Of a stretch of DNA of 54,750 bases, positions 8,872 through 18,715 are shown piece after piece (within the stretch, counting starts at the first letter, position 1; every line of letters starts with the position of its first letter). Source of the stretch: a bacterium UBP6_UBA1177 (GTDB lineage: Bacteria; UBP6; UBA1177); contig DBYV01000008.1 in NCBI GenBank assembly GCA_002310995.1, forward strand, positions 5,643 to 60,392, in the 5' to 3' direction. The notes beneath the pieces were generated by a model. It did no database searches and was not told the DNA's origin. It saw only the letters and a list, made by a program, of their open reading frames with translations. Made by a program: the position numbers and the translations under genes.

Positions 8872-11190
8872 ATGGATAAAAAAAACCTGCTTTCTATTCT
8901 CAAAAGCGAACCTTACATCAATATTCCGAAAGTTGTCAGACCTGATTCGATAATCCGGGAAGTCGAGAAACACTCAGGAATAAGCGATCCTGACGAACTT
9001 GCTGCAATTACAGGAAGAATTCATCAGGCAATCGCGATGGCTTCTGCGGCTCACAGCGGAATTGTGAGAAAAAGCGGCGAACCTTACATTTTTCATCCTT
9101 ACACCGTCGCATACCTTCTGGCTGTAAGCGGAATGGATGACGACTGCGTAATAGCAGGGCTTCTGCATGACACGGTCGAAGATACCAGCATGACAGTCGA
9201 AGAAATTGAAAACGCTTTTGGAAAAAATGTTGCGAACCTTGTTGACGGCGTCACAAAACTTACCGAAATCAGGGAAAAAACTGAAAACGAGGAAATCTGC
9301 CGCAAACTTTCCCGCGAGGAAAAGCAGGCGACCGCGATAAAAAAACTTCTCACTTTCGCTCAGAACGATTCGCGAATAATCATAATTAAGCTTTTCGACC
9401 GTCTGCACAACATGATGACGCTCGACGCGATGATTCCCGAGAAGCAGAAACGGATAGCCCTTGAAACGCTGAACCTCTATGTTCCGCTTGCTCACAGGCT
9501 CGGCATCTACTGGCTGAAAGAGGCTTTGGAATCGCTTTCCTTCTACTTCGGATTTCCCGAGGAATGGGAGCAGATCGATCGCAGCGTAAACGAAACTTAT
9601 CCGAACCTTGCGGCGACAGCAGAATCGCTCGACGAGAAGACTAAAAACGTTTTCAAGGACTTTGCTCCCTTCATGGCGAAGAAAATTTCGCGCGTTTACT
9701 GCAAAACGAAGTCTTATTACTACATCTACACGAAAACTTTGAAGAAAAACCTCGAAGTAGGCGATCTCAAAAACATCCTTTCGGTCAGAATCGTTCTAAA
9801 AACTGACGATGTTTTTGACTGCTACACCGTCCTCGGAATGCTCCACCTTTTCCCGGGATTTTCGATTGTCCAGCGCTATCTCAAGGACTACATCTCGACC
9901 CCGAAAGTGAACGGCTACCAGTCGCTCCACACGCTGATAAGGTTCAAGGAATACTTCGTTGAGTTCCAGATCTGCACAGAGCAGATGGAGAGAGTCGCGC
10001 AGGAAGGACAGCTCTCGAAGTGGAAAATCAAGGACGACCCGGCATACAAAGACACGCTTGCGGAGTGGCTTAAAACGATATTCAGCGAGCTTATCGACTC
10101 GTCATCAAAACCCGAAGCGTTCGTCAGCGACATCGAGAACCTGCTTCCGCTCGATAAAATGATAGTTTTTACTCCAAACGGCGAGGAAATTTCACTTCCG
10201 GAAGGTGCTACGTTGCTTGATTTTGCCTACGCGATCCACAGCGACCTCGGTGAAAAGTGCATCGGCGGGACAGTCAACGGAAAGCGCGCGACGATCAGCC
10301 AGGTTCTGCAAAACAAGGACGAAGTGAAGGTTGAAACCGCGGAAAACCAGAATCCGCGCGAGGACTGGCTTGATTTCGTAAAAACCCAACGTGCAAAACA
10401 GTTCATCAAAAAATACATCCAGAAAGAGCAGGACAAAATCCTCGAAAACAAAGGACGCGAGATTTTGAAACCACTTTTCGTATCGCAGGAAAGAGGCGAA
10501 TTTTTCGACACCCTAGGCAAACAGCGCGCCTTCACAAGCTTCGCGAAGAAATATTCTCTGCCCAAACAGAATACTCTGAGCGCATTTTTCATTAAGACCG
10601 CTTCAGGAGAGCTTAAACTTGAATCGGTAATCGAAGCCTTTTTCTCGCAGGATGAGATTTCACGCCTGATAAGTGCCTTTCCGCGCAGAGTTGCGCCTCT
10701 TTTTGTGCTTCAGGACGAGCGTGCAGCCGACCTTTCGCCGATATTCATCAAAGGAATAGGTATGATAAGCGACTACAAAATCGCACGCTGCTGCCAGCCG
10801 GTCGAAGGAGACAGCGTTGTCGCTTCGGTTTCGTCTGACGAAGGCTACATTCTCCACAAGCAGAAGTGTCCGAAGATTTCCAGGATCGATGCGGAACATC
10901 TGGAAGAAAACGTCTACTGGTTCGAGTATCCGAAATACGAAATTTCGTTCATCATCAGCCTGCAGAATAGAAAGGGTGCGCTCATGGAGCTTGCGAACGA
11001 ACTTAACGACAAGAATTTCAACATTTCGAGCCTCCATCTCAACGCCGACGATGCCGACGAATACTCTGGCAAAGTCTATGTCACGGTCCAGGGCTCCGAT
11101 ATCCAGGCTGTCGAAAATCTCAGGGAATCACTGAAAAACAAAGAAGTTATTATAGATTTCAAAATTAACAACATTCATTACAGAGGTTAA
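8872..11190 (+). CDS. spoT: Long RelA/SpoT homologue (HD-SYNTH-TGS-ZFD-ACT) with intact hydrolase and degenerate synthetase
   Basis: RKSGEPY..H, GLLHDTVED, KLFDRLHNM; PKVNGYQSLH; TGS FTPNGE..DFAYAIH; ARCCQP; follows gmk. Confidence 0.88.
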   Translation: MDKKNLLSILKSEPYINIPKVVRPDSIIREVEKHSGISDPDELAAITGRIHQAIAMASAAHSGIVRKSGEPYIFHPYTVAYLLAVSGMDDDCVIAGLLHDTVEDTSMTVEEIENAFGKNVANLVDGVTKLTEIREKTENEEICRKLSREEKQATAIKKLLTFAQNDSRIIIIKLFDRLHNMMTLDAMIPEKQKRIALETLNLYVPLAHRLGIYWLKEALESLSFYFGFPEEWEQIDRSVNETYPNLAATAESLDEKTKNVFKDFAPFMAKKISRVYCKTKSYYYIYTKTLKKNLEVGDLKNILSVRIVLKTDDVFDCYTVLGMLHLFPGFSIVQRYLKDYISTPKVNGYQSLHTLIRFKEYFVEFQICTEQMERVAQEGQLSKWKIKDDPAYKDTLAEWLKTIFSELIDSSSKPEAFVSDIENLLPLDKMIVFTPNGEEISLPEGATLLDFAYAIHSDLGEKCIGGTVNGKRATISQVLQNKDEVKVETAENQNPREDWLDFVKTQRAKQFIKKYIQKEQDKILENKGREILKPLFVSQERGEFFDTLGKQRAFTSFAKKYSLPKQNTLSAFFIKTASGELKLESVIEAFFSQDEISRLISAFPRRVAPLFVLQDERAADLSPIFIKGIGMISDYKIARCCQPVEGDSVVASVSSDEGYILHKQKCPKISRIDAEHLEENVYWFEYPKYEISFIISLQNRKGALMELANELNDKNFNISSLHLNADDADEYSGKVYVTVQGSDIQAVENLRESLKNKEVIIDFKINNIHYRG

Positions 11191-11191
11191 C

Positions 11192-12073
11192 ATGAAAGGT
11201 GTTTACACGGCGATAGTTACCCCTTTCAAAAAGTCGGGGGACATCGATTTTAACGCATTCGGGAAACTGCTTGATGCACAGGTTAAAGCTAAAGTCGCAG
11301 GTGTTGTCGTAGCTGGAACAACGGGCGAAGGGGCAACTTTGAGCCTTGCCGAAAAAGAGGAACTTTTCCGCTTCACGAAGGAAAAATGTCCGAAACTCGA
11401 CCTTGTTGCGGGAACTGGAACAAACAATACGGCAGACAGCGTAAAACAGACGGAAGCCGCTCTCAAAGCAGGGATCGACAAAGTCCTCATTGTCACTCCA
11501 TACTACAACAAACCCACTCCGAAAGGGCTTTGCGCGCACTACAGTTCCATTGCGAAAACCGGCGCAAAAATTGTCCTTTACAACGTTCCGGGAAGAACCG
11601 GCCTCAACATTGCTCCGGCTGCACTCAAACTGGTTTCTAAAATCAAAAAAGTCGTCGCGGTAAAAGAAGCGACAGGTGATCTCGGCAGACTTGCGGACTA
11701 TCTCGACACCGTCGGAACAGAGCGTTTCGACTTCCTTTCAGGCGATGATTTCACGGTCGTTCCTTTCATTTCGATGGGGGGTAAAGGCGTAATCAGCGTT
11801 TTATCGAACATCTACCCCGAAATCTGCGTAAAAATGGTTGACGCTGCACTTAAAGGCGACTTTGCAACAGCGGCAAAAATCCAGCTTGCGACAAATAAAA
11901 TCAACCACGCGATGTTCATGGAATCGAATCCGATTCCTGTAAAAACGGCTCTCGCGATGAAGAAAAAATGCACCGACAAATTCCGCGAGCCGCTTGCGAA
12001 CATGGAAGAAACAAACATTGAAAAACTTTCCGGAATTATTAAAGAATTTGAAGCAATCGAAAAAACTTTATAA
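11192..12073 (+). CDS. dapA: 4-hydroxy-tetrahydrodipicolinate synthase
   Basis: TAIVTPF, GTTGE, PYYNKP, YNVPGRTG, VKEA, SGDD, ESNPIPVK. Confidence 0.96.
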   Translation: MKGVYTAIVTPFKKSGDIDFNAFGKLLDAQVKAKVAGVVVAGTTGEGATLSLAEKEELFRFTKEKCPKLDLVAGTGTNNTADSVKQTEAALKAGIDKVLIVTPYYNKPTPKGLCAHYSSIAKTGAKIVLYNVPGRTGLNIAPAALKLVSKIKKVVAVKEATGDLGRLADYLDTVGTERFDFLSGDDFTVVPFISMGGKGVISVLSNIYPEICVKMVDAALKGDFATAAKIQLATNKINHAMFMESNPIPVKTALAMKKKCTDKFREPLANMEETNIEKLSGIIKEFEAIEKTL

Positions 12074-12088
12074 CAATTTTGAGGAAAA

Positions 12089-13159
12089 ATGACACTTAAC
12101 TTCGCTCTTGTAGGCTGCGGAAGAATCGTCAAAAAGCACATCGAGGCGATTCAGAATATTCCGAAAGCCCATCTTGTCGCGGTGTGCGACATTATTCCTG
12201 AAAAAGCAGAGAAAGCCGCTTCCATAGCGGGTGTTCCGTGGTATACGAGCTACGATGAAATGCTTCAGAAACACCCTGAGACCGATGTCGTCAACATTCT
12301 GACTCCGAGCGGACTTCACCCGAAACACACGATCGACATCGTAAAAAAATATAAAAAACATATCGTCTGCGAAAAGCCGATGGCGCTTAAACTCAGCGAT
12401 GCCGACGAGATGATAAGAACCTGTGATATGAACGGTGTGCGCCTTTTTATAGTAAAGCAGAACCGCTTCAACCTGCCGGTTCAGATTCTGAGAAAGAAGC
12501 TCGAAAGCGGCGGTTTCGGGAAACTCGTCATGGGAACAGTACGGGTCAGATGGTGCCGGAAGCAGGATTACTACGATGCCGATTCGTGGCGCGGAACATG
12601 GGCTTACGACGGCGGCGTCATCACGAATCAGGCAAGCCATCACATTGACCTGCTTGAATGGATGATGGGAGAGCCTGTCAGCGTAATGGCGATGAACGGA
12701 ACCTATCTTGTCAACATCGAAGCAGACGACACTTGCGCCGCGATAATCAAGTTCAGAAACGGCGCTCTCGGAATAGTCGAGGCAACAACCGCGACACGTC
12801 CGGCCGACCTTGAAGGCTCGCTTTCGATTCTGGGAGAGAAAGGAAACTGCGTAATCGGCGGATTTGCGGTAAACAAGATGCAGGAGTGGAATTTCGAAGG
12901 CGAAACACCCGATGAAAGAAAGGAAATTCTCGAAAAATACAGCGAGAATCCGCCCAATGTCTACGGTTTCGGGCACATCCGTTACCTTGAAAGCGTCATC
13001 GACTGCATAGAAAACGGCAAGCACGCCCTCGTTGATGGCCTAGAAGGACGCAAATCGCTCGAACTTATAAACGCGATTTACGAATCGGTCGAAACGGGCA
13101 AGGAAGTCCATCTCGTTTTCGAGCCGAAAGAATCAAAACTTGGAAGAACGAATTTTTGA
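12089..13159 (+). CDS. Gfo/Idh/MocA oxidoreductase, WlbA/WbpB-like (UDP-sugar 3-dehydrogenase)
   Basis: GCGRI, TPSGLH, CEKPMA, VKQNRFN, WRGTW..DGG, NQASHHID. Confidence 0.85.
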   Translation: MTLNFALVGCGRIVKKHIEAIQNIPKAHLVAVCDIIPEKAEKAASIAGVPWYTSYDEMLQKHPETDVVNILTPSGLHPKHTIDIVKKYKKHIVCEKPMALKLSDADEMIRTCDMNGVRLFIVKQNRFNLPVQILRKKLESGGFGKLVMGTVRVRWCRKQDYYDADSWRGTWAYDGGVITNQASHHIDLLEWMMGEPVSVMAMNGTYLVNIEADDTCAAIIKFRNGALGIVEATTATRPADLEGSLSILGEKGNCVIGGFAVNKMQEWNFEGETPDERKEILEKYSENPPNVYGFGHIRYLESVIDCIENGKHALVDGLEGRKSLELINAIYESVETGKEVHLVFEPKESKLGRTNF

Positions 13160-13165
13160 GGAAAA

Positions 13166-13918
13166 ATGACTGTAAACAGAATCTGCAAAATAGTTTCAAG
13201 CGATTTTGTCACGAAAGACACCTTTCTTATGAATATCGTGTTCGACGAAATTCCGCAGCCGGGGCAGTTCCTCATGCTTTCGAAGCCTGACGGTCTCATG
13301 GACCCGTTTCTGCCACGTCCGATATCGGTTTTTGACTGGAATGACGGCGTTTTATCGCTTCTTGTCAAGGTGGTAGGGAAGGGGACTAAGATGCTTTCCG
13401 AAATGAGGCCCGGCGAAAAACTGAGAATTACGGGATATCTGGGAAACAGTTTCCCAGACACGACCGGAACTCTTCTCTGCATCGGCGGAGGAATTGGTGT
13501 AGCGCCGCTTTTCTACACTGCTAAAAATTCAAAGGCTGCTGAAAAACGCTTTATTTTCGGCTTCAGGGACAAGGATTCAATTCTTTTGAAGGAAAAATTT
13601 GAGGAACTGGGCGAAGTAATAATAACAACCGATGATGGAAGCTACGGACTCAAAAAATATCCTCACGAAGTACTTGAAACCCTTTTTGAAAAGGGGTTTG
13701 AGCCTAGTTTAATCTGCACTTGCGGGCCTGTAATCATGATGGACTGCGTTGAAAAAGTTTTTGCAAAATATGGAATCGGAGAACTTTACAAATCTTATGA
13801 ATCGACAATGGGCTGCGGCATAGGCGCGTGCCTCGGCTGCAGAATAGAGACAACCGGCGGCAGTTTTTTGGTCTGCAAGGATGGGCCAGTATTTAAATCA
13901 AACGGGAGAAAACAATGA
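13166..13918 (+). CDS. pyrK: Dihydroorotate dehydrogenase electron transfer subunit
   Basis: PGQFLM, RPISV, GGGIGVAP, TDDGSYG, CGP, MGCGIGACLGC...CKDGPVF [2Fe-2S] motif. Confidence 0.92.
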   Translation: MTVNRICKIVSSDFVTKDTFLMNIVFDEIPQPGQFLMLSKPDGLMDPFLPRPISVFDWNDGVLSLLVKVVGKGTKMLSEMRPGEKLRITGYLGNSFPDTTGTLLCIGGGIGVAPLFYTAKNSKAAEKRFIFGFRDKDSILLKEKFEELGEVIITTDDGSYGLKKYPHEVLETLFEKGFEPSLICTCGPVIMMDCVEKVFAKYGIGELYKSYESTMGCGIGACLGCRIETTGGSFLVCKDGPVFKSNGRKQ

Positions 13919-14937
13919 AAAAAAATGCTATAATTGTTGTTCTGGCGGCTCTTTTTGTTCTTATTTCAGCCTGCGGAAGCGTTGAAAAGAGGGATGAAAG
14001 CAAAGAAAACGCGAACCTCAAGCTTCTTGAAGAAAATACAGAAAGCAGAGATGTAGCCTTCAACGAAGGACAGGAGTTTTTAAAGAAGAATGAGTTTGAG
14101 AAAGCAATTGAATCTTTCAAAAAAAGCACTGTCAAGGACGCCGAGTTTTATACCGCCTACGCTTTGAACGCACTCAACCGCACAGAAGAAGCTAAAAAAG
14201 CCTTTGAAACCTGCATCGAAAAAGGGGTCCAGGCAGTTGAGTCGCTTTACAATCTGGCTCTCATTTCATACGACGCACAGGATCTTGATGCTGCGAAAAC
14301 TTACGCCGAAAAAGCTTTAAGCCTTGATCCGAAACATGTCGCTACGCTTTTTTTCTACGGCAACCTCTTTTTTGTCGCTCAGAACATGGAAGAAGCTCTG
14401 AAATACTACAAAGAGGCGGAGAAAATCGATCCGAAATCAAGTGATATCCAGAATGCGATATTTTTTGTCTACCTTCAGACCGAGCAGTTTGAAAACGCGT
14501 GGAAAATAAGAGAAAATGTTGATAAGGACGCGCCTGAAACAGTTTTTGCAGTCATGCAGCTTGCTGAAATGACGGGCAACTTCCTTGAAGGGGCGAAATT
14601 TGCGAAAAAAGAACTTTTGAATGTTTCTCAGATAAGAAACCTTGCTAAAATCCTCTTCACAAAAGGGGGAGATTTGATTGAAGCGCTCGAACTTGCGGAA
14701 AAAGAGGAGATCGCGGAAGGAAAATATTCGGTTCTGGACCGCTCTACGACCAAAGGAAGCGCATACCTTTTAGCTCTAAATTCCGAAAGAAATCTTTTTG
14801 TTTCATGTGAAACAAATCCGTCAAACCTAATTGCGGCCGAGGTTTCAGAGCAGGGAATCAAAATAGAAGGTATTGAAGACACAATTCCTTTTAAAGAAAT
14901 TTCAGCAAAACTTTCAGAAATCTGCGGTACAAAATAA
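13915..14937 (+). CDS. TPR-repeat lipoprotein
   Basis: Lipobox ISAC; TPR-like helices (ALSLDPKH, AEKIDPKS). Confidence 0.75.
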   Translation: MKKNAIIVVLAALFVLISACGSVEKRDESKENANLKLLEENTESRDVAFNEGQEFLKKNEFEKAIESFKKSTVKDAEFYTAYALNALNRTEEAKKAFETCIEKGVQAVESLYNLALISYDAQDLDAAKTYAEKALSLDPKHVATLFFYGNLFFVAQNMEEALKYYKEAEKIDPKSSDIQNAIFFVYLQTEQFENAWKIRENVDKDAPETVFAVMQLAEMTGNFLEGAKFAKKELLNVSQIRNLAKILFTKGGDLIEALELAEKEEIAEGKYSVLDRSTTKGSAYLLALNSERNLFVSCETNPSNLIAAEVSEQGIKIEGIEDTIPFKEISAKLSEICGTK

Positions 14938-14949
14938 AAACAGTTTTTT

Positions 14950-17547
14950 CTATCCGTTTCCTTCGTCGTTTTCTTTAATAATATCAAACAATTGAAAAAC
15001 GATATTCATTGCTTCGCGCGGATTTATCTTTTCGGGATCTACTCTTCTCAGAACTTTTTCGATTTCGCGCAGATAGTCAGGAACGACATTTTTGTTCTGT
15101 TCTTCTGCCATTGAAAAAATGTCGGTTTGAAGCAAAGAACCGTTTTCAAAACGCATTCTGCGGTCGAAACTTTCCATGTTTTTGAGAATCTTTTCGGCAT
15201 TTTTGATAACTTCTTTCGGCATATTTGTTAGTTTGGCAACCTCAACACCGAAACTTCTGCTGCTGCCGCCTTCTTCCATCTGGTAGAGAAATCTCATTTT
15301 TCCTGCATATTCTCTGACTGTCATGTGGAAATTAGCTACTTTGTCAAAGTCTTCAGCAAGTTCAGTCAGAATGTGGTAGTGCGTCGCAAAAAGGGTCGTC
15401 GCGTTGATTTTTGTTATAATGTATTCCGCGATTGCGCGGGCTAAGCTGATTCCGTCGTAAGTTCCTGTTCCGCGCCCGATTTCATCAAGTATTATAAGCG
15501 ATTTTTCGGTCGCTGCGTTCAGAATAGAGGCTGCTTCCTTCATTTCAACGAGAAATGTCGATTCTCCTCTCGAAAGGTTGTCGCTTGCCCCGACACGGGT
15601 GAAAATTGCGTCAACAATCCCTATTTTAGCACTTTCAGCGGGAACAAAACTGCCTGTCTGAGCAAGAAGGACGATGAGTGCAGTCATTCGCATCAAAGTC
15701 GATTTACCGCCCATATTCGGTCCTGTGATAAGGCAGAAACGTTTGCTGCCTGAGCCTATCGAAACGTTTGCCGGAACATATCTGGTATCTTTCAGGCAGG
15801 CTTCAACTACAGGGTGTCTGCCGTCAACGATTTCGATTCCTTCTTCATCGGAAATCAAAGGTCGGCAGTAGTTTTTTTCAACTGCAAGTTTTGCAAAACC
15901 GCAGAAAAGATCAATCCACGCGGTAAATTTTGCAGCGGCAAGGATATCGTCTTTGAATGAAGCTATTTCGTTTACTGTGTCATCGAGAATTTTGAGTTCA
16001 AGGGCGGTCAGACGGTCTTTTGCCGACGATATTTTCTCTTCAAGCTCTTTAAGTTCCGCCGTGAAATAACGCTCAGCTCCGACAGTTGTCTGTTTTCTGA
16101 TGAAATAGTCGGGAACCTGTTTTTCAAAGCGTTTGCTGATTTCAAAAAAATAGCCGAAAACTTTATTGAAACCTACTTTTAATGAGGGTATCTGCGATTT
16201 TTCGCGCTCTTTTGCCTCGAGGGCTACGATGTGCGAACGGAAGTTATGGATAAAGTCGGAAAGTTCGAAAACTTCGTGAGAAAAATCAGGATCGACAAAG
16301 CCTCCCTCCCTGTAAATAAGCGGAGCCTCTTCCAAAAACCGTTTTTGCCACGAAACAATGCGCTCTTCAGTGAGCTGAAGCGGTTCGTCTCCGGCAAAAA
16401 ACGGCATTCTGTCCGGCATCGACATGATGTAGGAACGAAGTCTTACCGCCAGAAGAAGTGAAGATGCCAGCATCGATATTTCACGCGGTCCGCCCCGTTT
16501 GACAAGGATGCGGCTCAATGTTCTTTCAAAATCCTTGATGCTTCCGAGAGAATCCGTTACTTCGCGCAGCAGCACAGGGTCTTCAAACAAAGTTGCTGCA
16601 CAGCACTGTCTGAGAAGTATTTTGTCGCGGTTTTTAAGCGGATTTTTCACAACATCCGAAAGAAGCCTTTTTCCCATCGGAGTCTGGGTTCTGTCTATTG
16701 CCCAAAGCAGGGAACCGACTCTTTCACCGCCGATAAGTGTCCTTTCAAGCTCGAGATTCGAGACCGTGTTGTAATCAAGCGATGCTGTGTCGCTGTTTTT
16801 CCACTCAACAGGAAGCCTTAGCGGCGGGAAATTGCCGAAATAAAGGGAATCGAGATAGAAAAGCAACTGCTTCAAAGATGCATATATATTTTTGTCAAAC
16901 CCGCATTCCGCAAGGCTTTCGAGGTATTCTGCAGCCGGAGCTGAAGGAACCCAGTCTTCAAATTTGTCCTTGTCGATAATCTCGCCTTTTACAAAAGAAG
17001 AAGCCTCCGAAAGCAGAGTTTCCTTCGGATCGATCAAATCAACAGTGTCGCTTGCCGAAATCTCGGTTGAAACGGTATAAAACACGTTCCCGCAGCTTAC
17101 GTCCACCCAGCAGAAAAAAGCATCTTTCTTTTTGAAAAACACAGACATCAGCCAGTTGTTTCTGTTTTCGGAAAGTGAACTTTCCTCAACGACCGTTCCA
17201 GGGGTCATTATCCGCACAACACTTCGGTCGAAAGTACGTTTCGAGTTATTTAGGCTTTCGTTCTGCTCGCATACGGCGACTTTTTTCCCGGCTTCAAGAA
17301 GTTTTTTGATATAGAGGTCTGCTGCGTGCCACGGAACCCCTGCAAGCGGAATATCAGCGTCCTTGTGCCGGCATGTAAGCGTAATTCCAAGAATTTCGGA
17401 AGCTTCCACCGCATCATCAAAAAACATTTCGTAGAAATCACCCATACGAAAAAAGAGGATTGCGTCGCTGTACTGTTTCTTTATTTCAAGATACTGGCGC
17501 ATAGCCGGTGTTTCCATAGCTTTTTCTATCGCGGTTTTTGCTGGCAT
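14950..17547 (-). CDS. mutS: DNA mismatch repair protein MutS
   Basis: TPAMRQY, FFRMGDFYEMF, GRHPVVE, TGPNMGGKST, STFLVEM, DEIGRGT, ATHYH. Confidence 0.98.
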   Translation of the reverse strand: MPAKTAIEKAMETPAMRQYLEIKKQYSDAILFFRMGDFYEMFFDDAVEASEILGITLTCRHKDADIPLAGVPWHAADLYIKKLLEAGKKVAVCEQNESLNNSKRTFDRSVVRIMTPGTVVEESSLSENRNNWLMSVFFKKKDAFFCWVDVSCGNVFYTVSTEISASDTVDLIDPKETLLSEASSFVKGEIIDKDKFEDWVPSAPAAEYLESLAECGFDKNIYASLKQLLFYLDSLYFGNFPPLRLPVEWKNSDTASLDYNTVSNLELERTLIGGERVGSLLWAIDRTQTPMGKRLLSDVVKNPLKNRDKILLRQCCAATLFEDPVLLREVTDSLGSIKDFERTLSRILVKRGGPREISMLASSLLLAVRLRSYIMSMPDRMPFFAGDEPLQLTEERIVSWQKRFLEEAPLIYREGGFVDPDFSHEVFELSDFIHNFRSHIVALEAKEREKSQIPSLKVGFNKVFGYFFEISKRFEKQVPDYFIRKQTTVGAERYFTAELKELEEKISSAKDRLTALELKILDDTVNEIASFKDDILAAAKFTAWIDLFCGFAKLAVEKNYCRPLISDEEGIEIVDGRHPVVEACLKDTRYVPANVSIGSGSKRFCLITGPNMGGKSTLMRMTALIVLLAQTGSFVPAESAKIGIVDAIFTRVGASDNLSRGESTFLVEMKEAASILNAATEKSLIILDEIGRGTGTYDGISLARAIAEYIITKINATTLFATHYHILTELAEDFDKVANFHMTVREYAGKMRFLYQMEEGGSSRSFGVEVAKLTNMPKEVIKNAEKILKNMESFDRRMRFENGSLLQTDIFSMAEEQNKNVVPDYLREIEKVLRRVDPEKINPREAMNIVFQLFDIIKENDEGNG

Positions 17548-17597
17548 TACAACTCCTTGATTTTTAGATTGCGGAATATCCGGAAAGCCGCCGGCTT

Positions 17598-18626
17598 TTA
17601 CAATTCCAGGATGTTTGAGATCGATTCCATGTGGTTGATGCTGTAAACAACTTTCGCAAAAAATCTTGCAACATCGACTTCATTGTACCACGGATGTTCT
17701 TTTTTGAACTGCTCGCCGCGGATAACAGCGTTCGTTCCGGTTACACTTCTTACAAAACCGTCAGCATAAGCTTTGTCGAGTTTCGCGACAGCCTCTCCGT
17801 TGAAGAAGGGAAATGTACAGAAAACATCGATGTTTTTCGCACCGAACTCGTGAAGTTTCTGGCATGCGGCAATCAAAGTTCCGCCAGTTGCAATCATATC
17901 GTCAACGATAACGACGTTTTTGCCGTCAACGCTGCCGACAAGCTTTGTGTCAACGACGGTCGAAGCCTTTGAATAATCTCTTTCCTTGACGATAAGTGCC
18001 ATGTCTGTCTGCAATTCGCGGGAATAATATCTTGCGGTTTCTGCCGAACCTACATCGGGAGCTACAACAACTGTATTTTCGGTAATGATGTGTCTTTCAT
18101 TCATAGACTTCATAAGCTGTCTTGAAGCGTGAAGGTTGTCGAGTCTTGCAATGTGGAAGAAGCCTGAAATCGCTTCTGCGTGGATATCGATTGTGAGGAC
18201 TCTCGAAGCGCCGCTTGCCTCGATGAATGAAGCGACCATCGAAGCCGTAACGCTTTCACGCCCTTTCCTGCGTTCCTGACGTGCGTTCGGGAACTGCGGA
18301 ATGACTGCCGTGATGGAAGCAGCGTCGCTGTTGTGAACTGCATTCAGCGCGGTTGCGAGAGCCATAAGGTTATCGTTTACCGAATAGGGAGAAAGCGGAT
18401 CATCCATGAGTTGAACGACATAAATGTCCATACCGCGGATAGGTTCATCAATCGAAGTTTTGATTTCGCCGTTGGCAAAGTGCGTTTCTGTGCTTTTGAT
18501 ATAGCGGAAACGCTCTTCAAGGTGCTCTTTCTTATATTTTCCTTTAAGGTATTCGACCATTGCATCTGCAAAAACCTTGCCTGAATTACAGGCAACAATA
18601 CCAAGCTGACCACGATCCGCACTCAT
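17598..18626 (-). CDS. prs: Ribose-phosphate pyrophosphokinase
   Basis: FANGE, ARQER, IDIH, VAPDVG, IVDDMIATGGT. Confidence 0.95.
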   Translation of the reverse strand: MSADRGQLGIVACNSGKVFADAMVEYLKGKYKKEHLEERFRYIKSTETHFANGEIKTSIDEPIRGMDIYVVQLMDDPLSPYSVNDNLMALATALNAVHNSDAASITAVIPQFPNARQERRKGRESVTASMVASFIEASGASRVLTIDIHAEAISGFFHIARLDNLHASRQLMKSMNERHIITENTVVVAPDVGSAETARYYSRELQTDMALIVKERDYSKASTVVDTKLVGSVDGKNVVIVDDMIATGGTLIAACQKLHEFGAKNIDVFCTFPFFNGEAVAKLDKAYADGFVRSVTGTNAVIRGEQFKKEHPWYNEVDVARFFAKVVYSINHMESISNILEL

Positions 18627-18715
18627 TTTTTTACCTCCGAGAGTTATTCAAACAACCGCTGAAAAATACCGATTTTTGCCTTTTCTGCAAGAAATTTTTT
18701 GACGCTTTTTTCAGA

